Origin: Desulfobacterales bacterium | GTDB taxonomy: Bacteria > Desulfobacterota > Desulfobacteria > Desulfobacterales > UBA2174 | Assembly: GCA_963668645.2 (NCBI GenBank) | Contig: CAXXWC010000021.1 | Span: forward strand, 1,248,001-1,312,000 | Direction of reading: 5' to 3' | Length of the DNA stretch: 64,000 nucleotides | Part shown: positions 57,655-64,000 of the stretch, one piece after another | Numbering within the stretch: the stretch's first letter is position 1 | How the letters are laid out: each line of letters opens with the position of its first letter | Notes under the pieces: generated by a model | Told to the model about the DNA's origin: nothing | Seen by the model: the letters and a program-made list of their open reading frames with translations, nothing else | Databases searched by the model: none | Made by a program: the position numbers and the translations under genes

Positions 57655-57846
57655 GATAGCAGGATTCGGCCCTGGTGTTAACCGTCTTCCTCCGCGAAGC
57701 AAAAAATCCCGAAACTGGCCTGCGGGCCATTTTCGGGATCCTCTACGCAATGAAATAAAAGCGGCTCTGGGAACTCGCTCTTTGCGTACTTTATAAACAC
57801 AGCGGCATCGGACAACTGGACGTTGCGGGTGCCCTGTTCATTTGAC

Positions 57847-59355
57847 TCAGCGTCCGGAAATCAGAACCTGGAGGATGGAGATCGCGTCTTCGAGCCCGAT
57901 CTGCCCGTTTCCTGAAAAATCGCCGGCGATCCCGCTGAAAGGGACCTCATCGCCTAACAGGGAAAAAAACAGCTCTCCCGCGTCAAAAAACGAATGGGTC
58001 CCGAGATGCATGTCTCCAAACACCGCGGCGCCTTTAAAACCTCCTGCGACCGCAAGTTGCTGCCCATGCCAAACCACGCTTCTGCCCATATCGTTGTCCG
58101 CACCGCCTCCGCCAAGGGCCGAAATAATCTCTCCCGATGGCGAGAAAAAAGCCACCAGGGCATCCGTCCCTCCCCTGGAGACCAACGCTTCACCGTTTAA
58201 ATCAACGGTATCGGAGAACTCACCGCTAACGGCAATCCTGCCCAGGGGATGCACACCGATTCCCCTGGCGGAATCCTGTCCCGGGCCGCCAAAACCGGTC
58301 ACCCATGACACGTTTCCGGATACATCGTAGCGAGCGACAAAGGCGTCACGGTCTCCGGCACTCGAGACCTGACCGGTGCCGAAAATCGCGGTATCGGCAA
58401 ACTGCCCGACCACGACGACTCCCCCTGAGTTGTCGGCGGCCAGCCCATTGGCCAGATCGTCACCAGTACCGCCGGCCCTGCCGGCCCATTGAACCGTCCC
58501 GTCGGCGTTGTAACGGACCAAAAACATATCGGCCGCCCCGGCGCTTGAAAGCTGGAAGGCCCCGAATTGGACCGTATTGTAGAAATTCCCGGCCACCGTC
58601 AGCGCCCCATCTGCATCAACGATCATTGCCCAAATTTGCGCCTCCAGACCGTCCCCCGTCTGAACCCACTGGATCGTGCCTGCGGCGTTGTACTTGGCCA
58701 CAAAGGGAGTGAAACCGCCGCCTCCCACAGCGTCGATAGATCCGAAAGAAGCACTGGTACCGAAAAACCACCCGGCGATGTAAACGTTGCCCGAGCCGTC
58801 CACGGCGACACTGCGGGTGCGGACCTCCTGCAGGTCGGAACTCGCCTCCTGGTGCCAGGCCAGGTTGCCTTGGTCATCATACTTGGCCACGAATACAAAG
58901 GTCCCGGTTCCGGATAATGCGGCTGCCCCGCTGCTGTCCGCATCGATGTAGGCCGCTCCGGTCGACTCTCCGGTGACGTAACTGTTGCCGGCTTGGTCCA
59001 CCGCCACGCCGAAGACCTGCTGGACCCCATCCGATTCCCCGGCACCGCGGATCTGTCGTATCCATCGGCTGCCAGCCGACGCGTCCGTGCGCATCAAAAA
59101 GGCGTCCGACGGGCCTTGCGCTACCACCGATGTACCGCCGAAGATGCTCTCGCCGGAGTAATAACCGCCCATGATAAAATCGCCTGAAGATTCGTGCACC
59201 GCCATGGCCTTGACGACGAAATTGGCAGTACTCACAGACTGGTAAGTACGCAGAAACCCGGTCTCTGCATCGACCACCGCCGGCGCCACCGTCAACCAGA
59301 AGAGCAGAAAAAAACACAGGCCGGATAAAACCGATTTGTGCATGGTATCACTCAT
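57847..59355 (-). CDS. secreted beta-propeller repeat protein with C-terminal dockerin-like motif
   Basis: signal peptide; repeated AVDxxGNxYxxG / FVAKYxxxG...W; tail GDFSGNGQIGLEDAI. Confidence 0.82.
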   Translation of the reverse strand: MSDTMHKSVLSGLCFFLLFWLTVAPAVVDAETGFLRTYQSVSTANFVVKAMAVHESSGDFIMGGYYSGESIFGGTSVVAQGPSDAFLMRTDASAGSRWIRQIRGAGESDGVQQVFGVAVDQAGNSYVTGESTGAAYIDADSSGAAALSGTGTFVFVAKYDDQGNLAWHQEASSDLQEVRTRSVAVDGSGNVYIAGWFFGTSASFGSIDAVGGGGFTPFVAKYNAAGTIQWVQTGDGLEAQIWAMIVDADGALTVAGNFYNTVQFGAFQLSSAGAADMFLVRYNADGTVQWAGRAGGTGDDLANGLAADNSGGVVVVGQFADTAIFGTGQVSSAGDRDAFVARYDVSGNVSWVTGFGGPGQDSARGIGVHPLGRIAVSGEFSDTVDLNGEALVSRGGTDALVAFFSPSGEIISALGGGGADNDMGRSVVWHGQQLAVAGGFKGAAVFGDMHLGTHSFFDAGELFFSLLGDEVPFSGIAGDFSGNGQIGLEDAISILQVLISGR

Positions 59356-59435
59356 ATACCCCTCCGAACGGATTCGGAATTAAGGGTCTCTGACAAGTAA
59401 ACGGGCCGCTGTCTATCGGAAAATCATCCGTCGTT

Positions 59436-62400
59436 CTAACTGAACAAGAAAAAATCGTTTTCCGCCGAAACGGTCCCGTGTTCCTCAAGGGTCCAATAAT
59501 CGACCGACCACTGGTATACGCCCCAAGGCAGAAGCGTGTCGGCCACCCATTGTTCCCCCTCACTGGTCGAAACCCATGTGGACATCAGGGGCGTTTCATT
59601 ACGGCTGACTTGCACCTGATACCACTTGGCTTCATGGATGGCATCCCACGCAAGCGCCAGGGGCTGGGTGTAGGAAGGCAGGCTGGCCGGGATATGTACC
59701 GTTATCGCCGAAACCGGTGCGACCGTAAAACTGGCCAGTGGCGAACTCAATCCAAAGCCCGACGTTCCATAGGAGAGCACCTTCCACTGATAAGTACCCG
59801 CCGCCAGGATATAGTCCGTGGTGTAGGTCATCTTGCCCCGGACCCATTGTGTATCGATGATCTGTCCGGCCTTCTCGATGCGCACCTGGTACATCCAGGC
59901 GCCTTCGACCTGTTCCCAACCGAAGGTCAGCGGCCGATTCTCGACCGCACCTGCAGGGCTATGAACGATCAGCCTTTGCTCAATGGAGAACGTCACCGTC
60001 GCGCTGGGGCTGCCTGGTCCCTGCTCGTCGTAAGGTGTTACGGTGATCTGAAAATCGCCCACATTCAATTCGCCGGTCCAGACAGTTCCATCCTCGACCA
60101 TTGACGTGTCGTAAACGCTGCCGTCAAGCAGGATCTCCACCTCATAGCCCAGTGCTCCGGCCGCCTCCTGCCATTCGAGGGTGAGATTCACACCTTCGAC
60201 GATGGCGATATTGCCGGCGGCGGCGACCGCCGCATCTCTGACGACCTTTCCGAATTGCGCCTGGAGCAGGATGGGTCCACCGCTGCCTGCATCTACCGGC
60301 TCTGCGATGGTCAAGTCACCCTCAAGGACCTCCACCCGAATCTCGCCGCCCTCGGTCCGGATTCCCGTGAGGGCCGATTCCACCAGGAAATCCACCTTGC
60401 TGTCAGGCCTGAGCCGGTTCACAACGATGGGTGCTTCGTCACCTCCGGCAACTGCGACCGTCAAGCCGTGCGGGCTGATCAAAACCACATCGCCCGAGAC
60501 CGCCAGGGCCGCGAGGATAGCTGCATTGACACGCAGGGCGGTCCCCTCTCCGATTCCCTGCCCTGCGCTGAGTCTCAATGTCCCGGCACCAACGGCATCG
60601 ACTCCAGAGGATGCCGCCGATTCGATGGAGCCTGTATCGGCCGTAACGCTGACCGCGCCGCCATCGGCAAAAATTGCAGCGATTTCAGCATCCACCTTGG
60701 CCCAGATCCGGATGTTGCCGCCCTGGCTCGAAATGCGGGCATCTTCGGAGATCGCAACGGTACCGGCGACGGATTCAATATCGATGGTTCCGCCGGCTGA
60801 ATCGATTTCGCCATCGATGACGATATTCTGGCGGCCGATGACGGAAACATGGCCCCCCTGGGTCCACAGGGTCCCGGCCAGCGAGATTTGCCCGTTCGCC
60901 CCGCCGGCGCTCCACAGTATGCTTCCACTGGAGCCGGTACCCACCTGCCCCTCGGTGCCTATTGCGCCGTTTTCAGTGGTGACGATCAGGTTGCCGGCGG
61001 CGGTCACATCGCCCAGGGTCACGCTCCCTTCAACCAGAGTTACCAGATAGGCATCCCCTTCACCTCCAGCAGTCAAGGCGGCCACGGAAAGATCGGCCCC
61101 TGCCACTGATACGGTAATGTTCCCATCCAAGGTTTCGGCCGCTTCGACAATCAATGCGCCGCCACCTGTCTGGCTTAGGACGATATCTCCATGACCGCTG
61201 GAAGCGTTCAAGATGGTGGTTGTTTCAGCAAGTTGGTTGGCGATCCGGATGTCGCCTTCTGCAGTTGTCAGGTCGATTACGGCAGCGGATGTATCGATTG
61301 CACCGGTAGTGCCGATTCCCGCCACGGCCGTCCAAACCAGCCGCCGGGCCTGCACGTCAATTTGTGTATCCCCGGCCGATCCTTCGATCCTTCCTTCGGC
61401 GTTGATCGTCACCGTTGCCCCGGCGGCCAGCAACTGGTCGAAGTAGACCGATCCGCCGTTCTGGCTCTGGAGAAGGACGTCCCCGCCTTGAGAGTCAACG
61501 CCCTGGATGACGATATCACCCATCGCAAACATGCTGATCGCACCGCCGAAACTGCGGTTGACAATGCCGCCGGCCATCACCAGGGTGCCCCCTGCGGCAT
61601 CGATTTCCATGTCCCCGCCACCGGTGCTGACCGGCGCGTTGATGAGAATCGAACCTGCGGCCCGAATCATCACGTCGCCGCCTGAACTCGTTACGCCCCC
61701 ATCATCCAGCACCAGATTGTCGGTCTCCAGGATGAAAATCCCGCCGTAATTCGCCTGGGCCGATAGGGTCGTTGCCGTGGTTTCGATGGGATCGCCGGCG
61801 GTGCCGATGCCGATGCCTGCCAGCATGAAAAGTGTATCGGCCTGCACGTCGACCGTGTCGTCGGCCGTATCGAGGATCGAGCCGCTTGTGGCCGTCAACG
61901 ATGCATTCTTGTTGGTGGATATGCTGCCGAGGGTCAGAGAGCCGCCGGCCTGGTAACGGATATCGCCATCGACGGCAGCGGTCGCCGCATCCGGCGCCAT
62001 CTGGATATCCCGCCCGGCGAAAACATCAATGCCAGAATCGTCAGTGTTGACCGTGATCGCCGCATTCTGGAAAATGTCTCGGCCGGCATCCAGACTTATG
62101 GACCCGCCCGTGCTGTTCAGTGCCCCGTAAAGGGAAATGTCACCGGCGGCATCTGCGGCCATCAACCAGATGCTGTCCCCGGCCTCGATCCCGGCGCTAC
62201 CGGCCTCGACAGTCAGTTGCCCGGTGGCGGCAATCAAAACCACCGCGCCGCCAGAAACCAGTTGGCTCTGGGTTGCATCGGTCAAGTCAGCCCCTTTGGT
62301 GCCGTCAGGTTCGACCCGATGAACCGTGATCTGACCGGTTTCGTCCACCGTTAATCCGGAAACCCCAGTCAAGAAGAATCCTGCCGCTCCGGCACGCCCG

Positions 62401-64000
62401 CTCAGGCGCGCCACGTCGGTCATCAGGTGGCGGCCGCTCTCACCTACCGCTCCGGCAGATTCGATCCGCAGCTGGTTGGCTGCCACGTCCAGATCCGTGT
62501 TGCCGGCAGTCCCGCTGTCGGTGATCGAGGCGGCCTTGAGGCTCACGCTGGCCCCCGTGCTCAGACTGCCGAGGTTCAACGCGCCGGCCGCCGCATACCG
62601 GATGTTGCCGTTGACCGCCGTTGTGGTCGCGCCGTCAGCCATCCGGATCGCATTGCCGGCCTGCACATCCACCGTGCCCTCGCCCGTGGTGACGATATCC
62701 CCGGAAGCCCCCTGATCGATGTCGCCGCTTGCCAGCACCGTCACATGACCGCTGCCCGCGTCCAGACCGGCATTCAGGGCCACCGATCCGCCGACCGCTT
62801 CCAGCCGCACGTTACCGCTGCCCGGCGCCGCAACGCCCAGTTCCGGTGTCAGGGTCCCGCCGTTGACCGTCAAATCGCCCGCGGATACCGTCAGCACCAG
62901 GGCACCGTTGGCCGCGCTCGTCAAATCCTCGATCGTCTGTGCGACTTCCCCGGTTGTCCCGTTCTGGCCGACCCGTTCAACCGCCACCGTCACCGCATCG
63001 ACGGTCAATCCATCGGATTCGATCACGAAGAGCCCGCCGCTGCTCGCAGCTGCTGCAAGCCGCGACACCAACGTGTCGATCGCATTGGCGCTCGTGCCGA
63101 TCCCGACTCCGGCCTCCAGGATCAATCCCCCGGCCGTGATGTTGACCGCCGTATCGGCCGCCGCATCACTGATCGAGCCGCCCGCTCCGGCCAGCACCGC
63201 CACGTCGCCCTGGCCCGCATCGATCGTGCGCAGCGCAACGCTGCCGCCCGCTTCAAGACAAATGCTGCCGTCGGCACTGGCCGTTACCGTTCCGGTCGCC
63301 ATCGTGATGTTACGGCCCGCCAGAAGATCGATGGTCTTGCCGCTACCGCTGGCCGTGATGTTCGCGTTCTGCAACAAATCGCGGCCCGCCACGATGCTGA
63401 TATCACCGTCCGTGCTGCTCAGCTTCGCCGACAGTGCAATGTCGCCGTCCGCATCCACGGTCTGTAACAGGACGTTGCCCGCCGTGCTGATCGCTCCGCT
63501 GCCGGCCTCGGCAACCAAATGGCCGCTGCTGGCCACCAGAACAACCGCACCGCCGGAAACCAGATTGGACTGGGCCGCATCTCTCTGATCCGACAAGTCG
63601 GTCCCATTAACCCCGACCCGTTTGACCGCGATTGTCGATGTCTGGCCTACGACCAAGCCGGTGGTATCGGTCACAAACAAGCCGGCTGCACCTGCCCGCG
63701 CACTCAAGCGAGCCACATCGGTCGTCAGGTGGCGGTTGCTCTCTCCCACCGCTCCGGCAGATTCGATCCGCAGCTGGTTGGTCGCCACGTCCAGATCCGT
63801 GTTGCCGGCAGCCCCGCTGTCGGTGATCGACGCGGCCTTGAGGCTCACGCCGGCCCCCGTGCTCAGGCTGCCGAGGCTAATCGCACCGGCCGCCGCATAC
63901 CGGATATTGCCGTTGACCGCCGTTGCGGCCGCGCCGTCAGCCATACGGATCGCATTGCCGGCCTGCACATCCACCGTCCCGTCGCCCGTGGTGACGATGT
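59436..64000 (-). CDS. giant repetitive surface/adhesin-like protein, 3' part (starts beyond window)
   Basis: over 1500 aa open frame, Gly/Ala/Thr/Asp-rich beta-solenoid-like repeats, 1302-bp internal repeat, three C-terminal FN3-like units. Confidence 0.85.
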   Translation of the reverse strand, partial: IVTTGDGTVDVQAGNAIRMADGAAATAVNGNIRYAAAGAISLGSLSTGAGVSLKAASITDSGAAGNTDLDVATNQLRIESAGAVGESNRHLTTDVARLSARAGAAGLFVTDTTGLVVGQTSTIAVKRVGVNGTDLSDQRDAAQSNLVSGGAVVLVASSGHLVAEAGSGAISTAGNVLLQTVDADGDIALSAKLSSTDGDISIVAGRDLLQNANITASGSGKTIDLLAGRNITMATGTVTASADGSICLEAGGSVALRTIDAGQGDVAVLAGAGGSISDAAADTAVNITAGGLILEAGVGIGTSANAIDTLVSRLAAAASSGGLFVIESDGLTVDAVTVAVERVGQNGTTGEVAQTIEDLTSAANGALVLTVSAGDLTVNGGTLTPELGVAAPGSGNVRLEAVGGSVALNAGLDAGSGHVTVLASGDIDQGASGDIVTTGEGTVDVQAGNAIRMADGATTTAVNGNIRYAAAGALNLGSLSTGASVSLKAASITDSGTAGNTDLDVAANQLRIESAGAVGESGRHLMTDVARLSGRAGAAGFFLTGVSGLTVDETGQITVHRVEPDGTKGADLTDATQSQLVSGGAVVLIAATGQLTVEAGSAGIEAGDSIWLMAADAAGDISLYGALNSTGGSISLDAGRDIFQNAAITVNTDDSGIDVFAGRDIQMAPDAATAAVDGDIRYQAGGSLTLGSISTNKNASLTATSGSILDTADDTVDVQADTLFMLAGIGIGTAGDPIETTATTLSAQANYGGIFILETDNLVLDDGGVTSSGGDVMIRAAGSILINAPVSTGGGDMEIDAAGGTLVMAGGIVNRSFGGAISMFAMGDIVIQGVDSQGGDVLLQSQNGGSVYFDQLLAAGATVTINAEGRIEGSAGDTQIDVQARRLVWTAVAGIGTTGAIDTSAAVIDLTTAEGDIRIANQLAETTTILNASSGHGDIVLSQTGGGALIVEAAETLDGNITVSVAGADLSVAALTAGGEGDAYLVTLVEGSVTLGDVTAAGNLIVTTENGAIGTEGQVGTGSSGSILWSAGGANGQISLAGTLWTQGGHVSVIGRQNIVIDGEIDSAGGTIDIESVAGTVAISEDARISSQGGNIRIWAKVDAEIAAIFADGGAVSVTADTGSIESAASSGVDAVGAGTLRLSAGQGIGEGTALRVNAAILAALAVSGDVVLISPHGLTVAVAGGDEAPIVVNRLRPDSKVDFLVESALTGIRTEGGEIRVEVLEGDLTIAEPVDAGSGGPILLQAQFGKVVRDAAVAAAGNIAIVEGVNLTLEWQEAAGALGYEVEILLDGSVYDTSMVEDGTVWTGELNVGDFQITVTPYDEQGPGSPSATVTFSIEQRLIVHSPAGAVENRPLTFGWEQVEGAWMYQVRIEKAGQIIDTQWVRGKMTYTTDYILAAGTYQWKVLSYGTSGFGLSSPLASFTVAPVSAITVHIPASLPSYTQPLALAWDAIHEAKWYQVQVSRNETPLMSTWVSTSEGEQWVADTLLPWGVYQWSVDYWTLEEHGTVSAENDFFLFS

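Overview
GC-rich bacterial chromosome segment; gene content suggests Desulfobacterota/Desulfobacterales (inference, no search run). 1-8590 is a housekeeping run: kdsC-lptCAB-rpoN-hpf-ptsN-rapZ-EIIA(Man)-gap-tpiA-secG-tRNA-Leu(GAG). A 15,843-bp element is integrated in the tRNA 3' end, flanked by an exact 34-bp direct repeat (8563-8596 / 24406-24439). It is a filamentous-phage (inovirus-like) prophage with a CI-like repressor, an ssDNA-binding-like protein, pIII-, pVI-, Zot/pI- and secretin/pIV-like genes, several small coat-like peptides missing from the ORF track, a Rep_trans-like initiator and a tyrosine integrase. Main finding: between the integrase and attR the prophage carries an array of five integron gene cassettes, each closed by an attC site. 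For cassettes 1-4 the leading core site is the exact reverse complement of the closing inverse core. An attI-like site heads the array and there is no intI in the window. The cargo looks like nuclease/toxin or anti-phage genes (RNase H-like, DUF4238-like, PIN-like, STAS/SEC14-like, truncated RES-associated). The remainder is ordinary metabolic and regulatory DNA, with some oddities: an unannotated 51-aa peptide ending CDCCCCCCC before a terminator, an IMPase gene broken by a 59-bp tandem duplication, a HydABC/NuoEFG-like module lacking a catalytic domain, dockerin-like C-terminal tags, and the 3' part of a giant repetitive surface protein. Family assignments come from motifs recognised by eye; no databases were searched.
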